Part shown: piece by piece, positions 9,852-18,721 of the stretch | How positions within the stretch are numbered: the first letter of the stretch is position 1 | Layout: every line of letters begins with the position of its first letter | Assembly: GCA_022825665.1 (NCBI GenBank) | Contig: JAJDWI010000112.1 | Coordinates: 172 to 64,171 of the forward strand | Origin: Candidatus Poribacteria bacterium | GTDB taxonomy: Bacteria; Poribacteria; WGA-4E; WGA-3G | Direction: 5' to 3' | Length of the DNA: 64,000 bases | The notes under the pieces: model-generated | Told to the model about the DNA's origin: nothing | The model's input: the letters and a program-made list of their open reading frames with translations, nothing else | The model's database searches: none | Position numbers and translations under genes: made by a program

Positions 9852-10835
9852 ATGTCAAAACCGTCCAAAGAGCAGATGCTCTTTATGTATCGCAAGATGG
9901 TGGAAATCCGTCAATTTGAAGAAGCCGCTGGAACACTTTATCAAAGCGGTCAACTTCCCGGATTTCTACACTTATATATTGGTGAAGAGGCAACAGCGGT
10001 GGGTGTTTGTGCACACTTAAAAGATGACGATTACATCACGAGTACGCATCGCGGACACGGACATCTCATAGCGAAGGGTGGCAAACGTGACCGCATGATG
10101 GCAGAATTGTTTGCCCGAACAACTGGCTACTGTAAGGGAAAAGGTGGGTCTATGCACATCGCTGATAAAGAAACAGGTATTCTTGGTGCAAACGGTGTCG
10201 TTGGTGCGGGGATTCCACTTGCAGCTGGTGCAGCACTCTCCGCAAAAATCCGTGGCACAAATCAGATAGCAGTTTCCTTTTTTGGTGATGGTGCAACGAA
10301 CCAAGGCGTATTCCATGAAACCCTTAACCTCGCTGCTGTGTGGGAACTTCCTGTCGTATTCGTTTGCGAAAATAACCGTTTTGGGATGGGAACACCGCAA
10401 CATGAACATCAACGTGTAGAGGATATCTCTGTGCGTGCCCCTGCTTATGATATACCGGGAGTTACCGTGGATGGTAACGATGTTCTCAAGGTGTACGCTG
10501 AAGCACACGAAGCCGTTGTACGCGCTCGTGAAGGTGGCGGACCGACTTTACTTAATTGCGATACATACAGGTTCCGTGGACACCATATCGGAGATCCTGG
10601 GACATCCTATCGTGACCGAGAAGAAGTTCAAGAACAAGAGCGACAACGTGATCCTATCCGAAGACTTGCTCAGGTGTTAACCGAAGATGAAGGTGTGACA
10701 CAAGAAGACCTTGAGACGCTTGAGGCAGAACTTGCAAACGAACTTGAAGAGGCTTTAGAGTTTGCGAAAAATAGCCCTGAACCGTTGCCTGAAGATGCGT
10801 TAGAGGACGTATATGCTGATGAAATTCAACCGTGA
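9852..10835 (+). CDS. thiamine-diphosphate-dependent 2-oxoacid dehydrogenase E1 component, alpha subunit
   Basis: YRKMVEIRQFEE, HRGHGH, the TPP motif GDGATNQG...NN, and RFRGHH. Confidence 0.85.
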   Translation: MSKPSKEQMLFMYRKMVEIRQFEEAAGTLYQSGQLPGFLHLYIGEEATAVGVCAHLKDDDYITSTHRGHGHLIAKGGKRDRMMAELFARTTGYCKGKGGSMHIADKETGILGANGVVGAGIPLAAGAALSAKIRGTNQIAVSFFGDGATNQGVFHETLNLAAVWELPVVFVCENNRFGMGTPQHEHQRVEDISVRAPAYDIPGVTVDGNDVLKVYAEAHEAVVRAREGGGPTLLNCDTYRFRGHHIGDPGTSYRDREEVQEQERQRDPIRRLAQVLTEDEGVTQEDLETLEAELANELEEALEFAKNSPEPLPEDALEDVYADEIQP

Positions 10836-10872
10836 GAATTTCATAAAACGAAAAGTTCAAAGAACATAAGGT

Positions 10873-11814
10873 TTGATAATGTTTAACGGAACTACAACAA
10901 CAGAGATGTCTTCATCTGAACTTGCGAAATGCAGAGAACGCATTAGGCATCAATGGGAAAATAGAAAGGTTGATGAGGCATTACTCCAATGTGCTTGGAA
11001 AGCTGCACAGCGGGTTGCGACTGTGCTTTATCAAAATTATGGGGCGTCGAAAGTCGCTGTCTTCGGTTCTCTCACTGAACGTGATTGTTTCACTGAAAAA
11101 TCCGATATTGATATGGTTGTGTGGGGAGTCTCATATAACAAATGTCTTGATGCACTTTGGGATACTAAAGGTTTAACTACTGAATTCAAAATTGATCTCA
11201 TAGATTTTGAGTCGACGAATGGTCTTTTTCGTCAACGGATTTTGAACCAAGCAATTCCAATTGATAAAGATGTATCAGATATTCATAAATTAATTGAAAA
11301 CGCTTACACTACTTTATATGCTGAAACTGAAGGGGTTTACGTTGTTAATCGGGATAAACTTATTCAACGTATTTCTGATGAACTGACGAAAATTGAAGGA
11401 ACTGTAAAGAGAATTGAAAGAGCATTAGAAAAAATTGATGTGTTACCACATGACGCGAGAGAATTTATAGAAAGAGCACTTGCTGCTGACCTTGCCGAAG
11501 TATATACCGGTTTTGAGAAGATATTTGAACGCATTGCTAATGAAGTTGACAAACATGTTCCGCATGGAAGCCAATGGCATAGCAATTTATTGGCACAAAT
11601 GGCAGCTGGTCGTAGGGAACGTCCACCTGTGATTTCTGATGTCACTCAGCGTAGATTAAAACGGTTGTTAAAATACCGACACAGAGTTACAAACATATAC
11701 GGTGATGAGTTAATTTACTCCAACTCAGAAAAACACGCAAAACGAGTTGGCAAACTCTTTGAAAATATCTCTGAAGAACTAGATACATTCGTCGCTTTTT
11801 TGAGCGAGACGTAA
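10873..11814 (+). CDS. fused MNT-type nucleotidyltransferase / HepT-like HEPN protein (paralogue 1, HEPN His replaced)
   Basis: The N-terminal half has the NTase motif FGSLTERDCFTEKSDIDMVVWG. The C-terminal half has HepT-like blocks (YTGFEKIFERIA, WHSNLL, PPVIS, KYRHRVTNIYG). The true start may be the ATG at 10879. Confidence 0.7.
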   Translation: MIMFNGTTTTEMSSSELAKCRERIRHQWENRKVDEALLQCAWKAAQRVATVLYQNYGASKVAVFGSLTERDCFTEKSDIDMVVWGVSYNKCLDALWDTKGLTTEFKIDLIDFESTNGLFRQRILNQAIPIDKDVSDIHKLIENAYTTLYAETEGVYVVNRDKLIQRISDELTKIEGTVKRIERALEKIDVLPHDAREFIERALAADLAEVYTGFEKIFERIANEVDKHVPHGSQWHSNLLAQMAAGRRERPPVISDVTQRRLKRLLKYRHRVTNIYGDELIYSNSEKHAKRVGKLFENISEELDTFVAFLSET

Positions 11815-11820
11815 GGCGAC

Positions 11821-13764
11821 ATGATAGTGGATGAACGCCTGAAATTACAAGGAGTCACATGGAAATCTGTTATCATTACGCTTGCGTTGATTCCGTTTAA
11901 TTTCTACTGGATTATCGCTGGTGAAATAGGTCTCGTCGGCTATGCCCTCAATACATACGCTGTACCGTTTTACAATGTCGTCTTCGTTGTATTCATCTTT
12001 ACACTGTTCAATCTTGCTGTTAGACATACCACCCGTATCCGTCTACTCACCGATGCGGAATTGCTTACCGTATACATTCTGCTTAGTGCTGCGTGTGCTT
12101 TTCCCTCCATTACCCTAATGACGATTCTCGTCACAACCGTCGGACATGCCTTCTGGTTCGCTACCCCTGAAAACGAATGGAAACAACTCTTTTGGGATTA
12201 CCTTCCAAGATGGCTCCTTGTAGACGACTCAAAAGCACTTTCAGGATACTACACAGGCTCAACTAACCTGACAACATTCGAAATTATAAGAGCATGGATG
12301 GTGCCAATATTGTCTTGGACACTATTCATAACAGCACTTATTCTTGTTATGTTGTGTATCAACGTCATCCTTCGGAAACAGTGGGTTGAACGTGAAAGAC
12401 TTGCCTATCCCATTACACAAATCGCCTTTCATGTCACGCATAATACAAAATCGCTGTTCTCCCACCGTATCATGTGGGTTGGTTTCGGAATTGCTGCGTC
12501 TATCGCTATACTCAACGGCTTCAGTTTTCTGTATCCTACAATCCCTTCCCTACCAATAAAACGTATCGGTGGATGGAGAGGATTTGGACACCTGTTCACA
12601 GAAAAACCGTGGAATGCCATCGGTGGTATCAGTATGTCCTATTATCCATTTGTCATTGGATTAGGATTGTTGATGCCTCTTGATCTTTCTTTTTCCAGTT
12701 GGTTTTTCTTCTTTTTCTATAAAGCACAGTTAGTATTCTCAAGTGCTGTTGGACTCTCTAACCTACCCGGTTTTCCTTATATAGATCGACAATGCTTTGG
12801 TGCTGCCATTGGTATATTTATCTCTGTGTTAGTTCTGAACCTACGTCATTTTCGAGGTGTGTTCCGAATTGCAAGACAACGCACAGGTGAAGATTCTGAT
12901 GAACCTCTCTCCTATAGATTTGCTTTGTGGGGTATTGTTGGTGGACTTGTATTTCTCTTTATTTTTTCCAAACGTATCGGTATGTCATTGTGGCTTATAC
13001 CGTTGTTTTTCGCGATCTATTTCATCATCGTTTTGGTGTTAACGCGAATGCGTGCTGAGCAAGGATTTCCAGTGCATGCAATGGAAAACATGCCAAACCA
13101 TCATATTCTAATTGATAGTTTTGGCACACGCATGTTAGGAACAAATAACCTTGTTGCGTTCACACTATTCCGATGGTTCAATCGGAGTTATACAAGCAAC
13201 CCAATGCCACACCAGTTAGAAGGATTCAAACTATCAGAACGTTCCAGCATTGCACCAAGACGGTTGTTCTATGCACTACTTGGCGTTTCAGCATTTGCTT
13301 CAATCATGGTTTTCTCAGTGATTCTCTATCTCTTTTATTCGTATGGTGCATTGAATATGAGTGGGAGCAGCAGTTGGAACATTGGTTTCGGTGAACGGGT
13401 CTTTAGTGGACTTCAACGTTGGTTGTATTATCCGACAGAACCGAATTTCTATGCTACTGGAGGAATTGTTTTCGGGCTGCTGTTTTCGACGTTTTTAATG
13501 TTTATGCGGACACGTTTTTTCTGGTTTCCTTTCCACCCGATAGGGTATGTCGTTTCAAGTGATTGGGGAATGCGGTATTTGTGGAGTTGTATGTTGGTAA
13601 GTTCGGTTGTAAAATGGTCGGTCTTGAAAATCGGTGGTCACCATGCATCGCGCCAATTAGTGCGGTTTGCTATTGGGTTGATGTTAGGGGACTTTATCGT
13701 TGGGGGAATTTGGAGCCTCATTAGTGTTATAACACAACAGCCGATGTATAACTTTTGGCCGTAA
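11821..13764 (+). CDS. large polytopic membrane protein, uncharacterised family (paralogue of 21640-23607)
   Basis: 647 aa with many hydrophobic helices. It shares the blocks TPEN.W, ILRKQW.ERER, FTEKPW, DSDEP..YR.AL.G and HPIGY with the second copy. Confidence 0.75.
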   Translation: MIVDERLKLQGVTWKSVIITLALIPFNFYWIIAGEIGLVGYALNTYAVPFYNVVFVVFIFTLFNLAVRHTTRIRLLTDAELLTVYILLSAACAFPSITLMTILVTTVGHAFWFATPENEWKQLFWDYLPRWLLVDDSKALSGYYTGSTNLTTFEIIRAWMVPILSWTLFITALILVMLCINVILRKQWVERERLAYPITQIAFHVTHNTKSLFSHRIMWVGFGIAASIAILNGFSFLYPTIPSLPIKRIGGWRGFGHLFTEKPWNAIGGISMSYYPFVIGLGLLMPLDLSFSSWFFFFFYKAQLVFSSAVGLSNLPGFPYIDRQCFGAAIGIFISVLVLNLRHFRGVFRIARQRTGEDSDEPLSYRFALWGIVGGLVFLFIFSKRIGMSLWLIPLFFAIYFIIVLVLTRMRAEQGFPVHAMENMPNHHILIDSFGTRMLGTNNLVAFTLFRWFNRSYTSNPMPHQLEGFKLSERSSIAPRRLFYALLGVSAFASIMVFSVILYLFYSYGALNMSGSSSWNIGFGERVFSGLQRWLYYPTEPNFYATGGIVFGLLFSTFLMFMRTRFFWFPFHPIGYVVSSDWGMRYLWSCMLVSSVVKWSVLKIGGHHASRQLVRFAIGLMLGDFIVGGIWSLISVITQQPMYNFWP

Positions 13765-13804
13765 GATGAACGGTTTCCCGTCTTTTTCTTTGACAAATTT
13801 CACT

Positions 13805-13833
13805 TTGAAAAATCGCTACAGGTGTGCTACAAT
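13805..13833 (+). promoter_or_regulatory. candidate promoter TTGAAA-N17-TACAAT with extended -10 TG
   Basis: ttgaaa at 13805-13810, tgc then tacaat at 13828-13833. It lies ~28 nt upstream of the ATG at 13862. Confidence 0.45.
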
Positions 13834-13861
13834 TCAATATTAATTGAGAAGATATATCAGC

Positions 13862-14098
13862 ATGGATTTTGAAATCGTTGGAGAAATCAAACAAATCGAA
13901 ACAATTGGTCGTGGTAGTTGTCTCCGAAATCACGCGAGGTTACAACGTCAGTACGGTCAAGGTAAGTAGCGTAAGCTAAAGAGAGTAGCATACGTAAGTC
14001 TAATTGATGGTTCAGTCCGACTTACCGAACTCCATTGGTATCAAGTTGACAACATCGGTAAGAGAGAATTTAAGATGAAACTCCCGTTTTTAGATTAA
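13862..14098 (+). pseudogene. small conserved gene interrupted by an in-frame TAG (13967-13969)
   Basis: The frame reads MDFEIVGEIKQIETIGRGSCLRNHARLQRQYGQGK*RKLKRVAYVSLIDGSVRLTELHWYQVDNIGKREFKMKLPFLD. It stays coherent across the stop and ends 2 nt before the next ATG. Confidence 0.6.
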
Positions 14099-14100
14099 AA

Positions 14101-14379
14101 ATGGACACAAAAGATAACCAATTTCCACAATTCGGTCTATGTCTTAATAACGAAGGGTACGCAGCGTCTCTTGAGGTAGGAAAAGTGTATCGTGTCATTT
14201 CTGACGATGATGCAGCGACTCACGGTTATATCCGCGTTATAGATGAAAGCGGCGAGGATTATGCCTACACTGCTAACCGTTTTTACCTAATTCAGTTACC
14301 TATTGATGTTGAAAAGGCGTTGTTATCCCATCCCACTGACATCGAAGCAACCCCTATTCAGGGAATTTCTGGAATCTAA
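14101..14379 (+). CDS. small conserved hypothetical protein (partner of the interrupted upstream gene)
   Basis: 92 aa. The block YRVISDDDAATHGYIRVIDESGEDYAYTANRFYLIQLP resembles a widespread small-protein family that I recall occurring as a two-gene pair. Confidence 0.6.
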   Translation: MDTKDNQFPQFGLCLNNEGYAASLEVGKVYRVISDDDAATHGYIRVIDESGEDYAYTANRFYLIQLPIDVEKALLSHPTDIEATPIQGISGI

Positions 14380-14417
14380 GTCCAAAAGCAATCCTAATTT
14401 CCTTAGGAGACCTAAAC

Positions 14418-14936
14418 ATGCGTTCACTAACAATTTCGTTACCAGACTATCTTTATGAGAAATTAGCACAACAAGCGCAAGCGTATGATACCTCTCTTGA
14501 AGAACTTGTGTTGTTCCAACTCAAACGTGATGAGGTGAGAGATACTGCTTTAGTTTTCTTACAAAAACATGCTGGTAGATGTCTGACCGTCAGAGAACCT
14601 ATCTTTAAGGAAGTTGTTCATCCTATTTGGACAGTTCCCGTTTTTACAAATGTTGTCCCTACCACAGAAGTCGGAGAGATAGCCATTGATGCAGACACAG
14701 GCAAGGTCTTGAGTACAGACAAAGACGTAGCTGAAATGATAAAAAATGGACATCCCAGTTTTGGTTTTGAAACATTTCCTGCGGATAAACAGGAACGCTT
14801 AGCAGAACTCTTGGCATTGAATGGTGAACAACAGTTAGAATCTCAAGCGAAACAGGAAATGGAGACCCTCCTTGCTGAAGAACAAGCACTACAAATCCGA
14901 AATCTGGAAACATTGGAAAAGCGACTTATATCATAG
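14418..14936 (+). CDS. hypothetical protein with RHH-like N-terminus and coiled-coil C-terminus (partner of HNH gene)
   Basis: 172 aa. Good RBS (ttaggaga). The N-terminus is ISLPDYLYEKLAQQA. The C-terminal KQERLAELLALNGEQQL... resembles proteins found upstream of this HNH class. Confidence 0.6.
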   Translation: MRSLTISLPDYLYEKLAQQAQAYDTSLEELVLFQLKRDEVRDTALVFLQKHAGRCLTVREPIFKEVVHPIWTVPVFTNVVPTTEVGEIAIDADTGKVLSTDKDVAEMIKNGHPSFGFETFPADKQERLAELLALNGEQQLESQAKQEMETLLAEEQALQIRNLETLEKRLIS

Positions 14937-14949
14937 CAAGAGGTGAGTT

Positions 14950-15357
14950 TTGCGTGTAGGTGATCCATTTCGTGATAGTATCGTGGACCGCGCTGCAGGT
15001 CAATGTGAATACTGTCATTATCCCGAGCATTTTTCACCTTCTGCATTTGAAGTCGAACATATATTTCCCCGATCTATGGGCGGTAAGACAGAAACCAACA
15101 ATCTTGCCCTCGCTTGTTCACATTGTAATGCTCACAAAGCTACGCGCCAGAAAGGTTACGATTCGCTCACAGAAACTAATGTAAGATTGTTCAACCCAAG
15201 AATAGATAATTGGGAAGTCCATTTTTTCTTGAACCGAGAAACTGGTGAAATACAGGGACAAACGTCTATAGGTCGTGGAACAGTTGAAACACTTCTGATG
15301 AATGCTGAACAACCTGTTCGAGCACGCCATAACTTGATAAAACTTGGGATATTATGA
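14950..15357 (+). CDS. HNH endonuclease
   Basis: CEYCHYP...FEVEHIFPRSMGGKTETNNLALACSHCNAHK plus LFNPR..W..HF. TTG start. Confidence 0.85.
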   Translation: MRVGDPFRDSIVDRAAGQCEYCHYPEHFSPSAFEVEHIFPRSMGGKTETNNLALACSHCNAHKATRQKGYDSLTETNVRLFNPRIDNWEVHFFLNRETGEIQGQTSIGRGTVETLLMNAEQPVRARHNLIKLGIL

Positions 15358-15396
15358 CATTGTAGATGTTTATGGAATTCAGCCTCATTTCTCTTC

Positions 15397-15425
15397 TTGA
15401 ATTCTAAACCGTATCATGCTATCCT
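15397..15425 (+). promoter_or_regulatory. candidate promoter TTGAAT-N17-TATCCT with extended -10 TG
   Basis: ttgaat at 15397-15402, tgc then tatcct at 15420-15425. It lies 21 nt upstream of the ATG at 15447. Confidence 0.4.
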
Positions 15426-15446
15426 ATTCTCATAGGAGATCGTGAT

Positions 15447-16340
15447 ATGCACCAACCCACAGATACCCATCGCACAGCAAAAGACCTATCACCAGAAGAA
15501 CTCAAGGAATACCGTAAACGTCTTGACCAGCACTTTCAAAATCGGAAAGTGGATAAAGCATTGCTGCAGCGCGCGTGGCAAACCGCACACAAGATAGCAG
15601 CCATGCTCTACGAAGATTTCGGTGCTACGAAGGTTGCGATATTTGGTTCGCTTGTGGATAAGGTCCGGTTCACAAAATGGTCGGACATTGATATTGCAGT
15701 CTGGGGAATACCTGCCGATAGATATTTTAGTGCCCTTTGGCAAGCTGAAGAAATTAGTGGATTATTTAAAGTTAACTTAGTTGATTTTGAGAATTGTAAT
15801 AGTCTATTTCGTGAACGAATTCAGAACCAAATTATTTATATTGAACAAGGGAAAATCTATAAAGTGGACAGAATCGGACTTTTTGAGCGTATTTCCGATG
15901 AACGAAAGAAAATCGGAGAAACTGTAGAAAAAATAGGTGCAAGATTAGAAAAGATTAAAACTACTCCCATAGAGTACAGAGAAGAAATAGAGACAACAAT
16001 TGCCAAGAATCTTGTTGATTGTTACCAAGGTATGGAAAGTATTTTTAGACGAATTGCACTTGATGTTGACTTACATATACCTGATGGAAGCAGGTGGCAT
16101 AAAGAATTACTTATGCAAATGGCGGCGCAACAGGATGAACGTCAACCTGTGATTTCACAAGAAACTTTAGAACTACTGCAAGAGTTATTAGAATTTCGAC
16201 ATGTATTTAATCATATCTACGGCGAAGAACTGGTCTACGAAAAAACTGAACAAAATGCCATTAAGATAGAAATGTTGTTTAACAAAATATCAAAAGAACT
16301 TGACGACTTCATAGACTACTTAAAAAATGAAAATGAGTGA
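15447..16340 (+). CDS. fused MNT-type nucleotidyltransferase / HepT-like HEPN protein (paralogue 2, Rx4H intact)
   Basis: NTase motif FGSLVDKVRFTKWSDIDIAVWG. HEPN motif EFRHVFNHIYG (R 16197-16199, H 16212-16214). Collinear with 10873-11814. Confidence 0.7.
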   Translation: MHQPTDTHRTAKDLSPEELKEYRKRLDQHFQNRKVDKALLQRAWQTAHKIAAMLYEDFGATKVAIFGSLVDKVRFTKWSDIDIAVWGIPADRYFSALWQAEEISGLFKVNLVDFENCNSLFRERIQNQIIYIEQGKIYKVDRIGLFERISDERKKIGETVEKIGARLEKIKTTPIEYREEIETTIAKNLVDCYQGMESIFRRIALDVDLHIPDGSRWHKELLMQMAAQQDERQPVISQETLELLQELLEFRHVFNHIYGEELVYEKTEQNAIKIEMLFNKISKELDDFIDYLKNENE

Positions 16341-17487
16341 ACAGACTCTCCTACAACAGATGAATGACTTCTGCCGATTGCTACGACAGATGGACATTAA
16401 TGTCACAACAACTAATCAACTCAGTTGGTGTTACAGTATTCAGTTAATTGACATAAGTGAAAAAGAAGCATTTTACCATACGGCACGCACGAACCTAATT
16501 GCTAACCAAACAGACCGCAAGACATTTGACACTGCTTTTAATTTATTTTGGCAATACCCGCGACCCGAATTCCACGCCATTGATACAGGTGGTGAAGAAC
16601 CAGAATCTTCCGCACTACAAGATATTTCTGATGCAGATGATCAGGATAATATCCTTGAACAATGGATAGATTATGAGGAAGATGATCAGAAAGGACAAGA
16701 AGACGACCCTATCGCATATAGTGTGGAAGAAATCCTAACAAAGAAGGATTTTAGTGAGTTTACTGAGGAAGACATGAAGAGAGCGCGATCTATTATCGCA
16801 AAATTAGCACAGATTTTATCCACAAGACTTAGTAGACGAAAGGTTTTCAGCAAAAAAGGGAAGGTAATTGACTTTAGAAGAAGTTGGCGAAAAAGCCTTG
16901 CACACGGAGGTGAACCGATTACGCTCATGCGGAAACAGCAGAAGATCAAAAAGACAAAAATTTTACTTCTATGTGATGTAAGTGGATCTATGGATTGTTA
17001 TGCCAAATTTCTTATCCAATTTATATACGGCATGCAGCAAGAGTTGAGAGAAGTAGAGGTAGCAGTATTCAGCACACACTTGACCAACATTACAGGACTA
17101 CTTCAACGGAAAGGATTAGCAGAGGGATTAAATGAAGTGGCAAATATTGTTCCAGACTGGTCAGGTGGCACAAAAATTGGTGAAAGTCTGTTAGAATTTT
17201 GTCGTCAGTTTGCTCCATCTTTTTCGGCATATCGTTCAGTCGTTATTCTCATCAGCGATGGTTGGGATAGGGGTGATGCCGATCTGCTACGGCGATCTAT
17301 GGAGATGCTGAATCGACATGCATATAAACTCATTTGGCTCAATCCGTTACTCGGAAGTGATACATATCAACCGATATGTCGTGGTATCAGAACTGCACTA
17401 CCGTATGTAGACTATTTTCTTCCCGCACATAATTTAGAGAGTTTAGCACAACTGACAAAGGTTTTAATCCCACTTTGGGCAAGTTGA
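16327..17487 (+). CDS. CoxE-like von Willebrand factor A domain protein
   Basis: 386 aa with MIDAS motif LLCDVSGSMD. Overall it looks like the VWA_CoxE family. Its start overlaps the upstream gene by 14 nt. Confidence 0.75.
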   Translation: MKMSEQTLLQQMNDFCRLLRQMDINVTTTNQLSWCYSIQLIDISEKEAFYHTARTNLIANQTDRKTFDTAFNLFWQYPRPEFHAIDTGGEEPESSALQDISDADDQDNILEQWIDYEEDDQKGQEDDPIAYSVEEILTKKDFSEFTEEDMKRARSIIAKLAQILSTRLSRRKVFSKKGKVIDFRRSWRKSLAHGGEPITLMRKQQKIKKTKILLLCDVSGSMDCYAKFLIQFIYGMQQELREVEVAVFSTHLTNITGLLQRKGLAEGLNEVANIVPDWSGGTKIGESLLEFCRQFAPSFSAYRSVVILISDGWDRGDADLLRRSMEMLNRHAYKLIWLNPLLGSDTYQPICRGIRTALPYVDYFLPAHNLESLAQLTKVLIPLWAS

Positions 17488-17534
17488 GTGGTATCAACAA
17501 ACTATCATAGAATAATAAGTAAGGAATACAAACT

Positions 17535-18659
17535 ATGCAAGTTCAAGCGGCGGTGATGCTCCAACCCGGGCAGATAGAAATCCGCGAATTTGATAAACCC
17601 ACACTTACCGATGATTCCCTCCTGCTACAAGTAGACAAGGTCGGTATCTGTGGCAGCGACAAGCACATGTATCTTGGACATACTGCTTTGAAGTTTCCCG
17701 TCATCCCAGGGCATGAAGTCGTTGGTACAGTCGCAGAAATCGGCAAAGATGCAAATCAAGTTATGAATGTAATGGGTGGTCCCATCAAAGAGGGTGACCG
17801 TATCACCGTGGTACCCGGATCAAAAAACTGCGGTAGATGTTATTACTGTTTACATGTGCCTGGACGACCTACCTTGTGTTCGGGACGAACTATATATGGG
17901 TTCAGCAACAGCGAATCGCCTCCATATTTGACTGGTGAATTCTCTGAATACACCTATATTCACGGGAACTCTTGGGTCTATAAAATACCTGATGACATTC
18001 CAAAGGATATTGCTGTCTTGACAGAGCCTGTGGCTGTCGCGACACGTGCTGTTGAACGCGCTTGTGCACCCGGATTACCACAGGTAGGGGATGGATATAG
18101 CATTGGAAGCAGTGTTGCCGTGTTAGGTTGTGGTCCAATCGGTCTCCTTGTTATTGCAGTGTTGCGTGATAGTGGGGCAGGTACAATTATTGCTACCGAT
18201 CTCGTTGATAGCCGCTTAGAGATGGCACAGCAGATGGGAGCAGACGTGGTAATAAATGTTGGTGATACCACACCAGAAGAACGTATAGAACAGATTCAAT
18301 CCCACACAAGCGATGTTGGTGTAGACATAGCGATTGAGTGTGCAGGCATCCCTGGCGTTTTTTCCGAAGCATTGGATGTCGTTAGGCGAGGTGGTAAAGT
18401 CATTGAAGTTGGTCACTACACCGATTCAGGTGAAACACAGGTGAGACCACATCAAATTTGTAATAAAGACCTTGACGTTTGCGGTGTTTGGGCGTATCCG
18501 CAAATACAATTCCAGACAGCATTGGACTTTCTTCAGCGAACACGTGCCCCGTTACACAAATTGATCACACACCATCTTCCACTGATTCAATTGGAAGCGG
18601 GTATTGATATGCTTGGTAATGAAGGCGTATATAAAGTCGTGATTGAACCACAATCCTAA
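17535..18659 (+). CDS. zinc-dependent medium-chain alcohol/polyol dehydrogenase
   Basis: GICGSDKH, GHEVVGTV, a structural-zinc Cys cluster (CGRCYYC) and a Rossmann motif (LGCGPIG). Confidence 0.85.
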   Translation: MQVQAAVMLQPGQIEIREFDKPTLTDDSLLLQVDKVGICGSDKHMYLGHTALKFPVIPGHEVVGTVAEIGKDANQVMNVMGGPIKEGDRITVVPGSKNCGRCYYCLHVPGRPTLCSGRTIYGFSNSESPPYLTGEFSEYTYIHGNSWVYKIPDDIPKDIAVLTEPVAVATRAVERACAPGLPQVGDGYSIGSSVAVLGCGPIGLLVIAVLRDSGAGTIIATDLVDSRLEMAQQMGADVVINVGDTTPEERIEQIQSHTSDVGVDIAIECAGIPGVFSEALDVVRRGGKVIEVGHYTDSGETQVRPHQICNKDLDVCGVWAYPQIQFQTALDFLQRTRAPLHKLITHHLPLIQLEAGIDMLGNEGVYKVVIEPQS

Positions 18660-18721
18660 GAATATAATATACGGTAGATAATCATAAACCATCAATCGAA
18701 ATTATCATGATAGGTGAAAAA

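Noticed and set aside
10017-10508. 163-aa antisense ORF inside the E1 alpha gene. Similar long antisense ORFs occur at 29931-30362, 32188-32622, 55537-56040, 50185-50655 and 49562-49942.
   Set aside because: These are shadow ORFs opposite genes that have strong family motifs. They have no motifs or RBS of their own.
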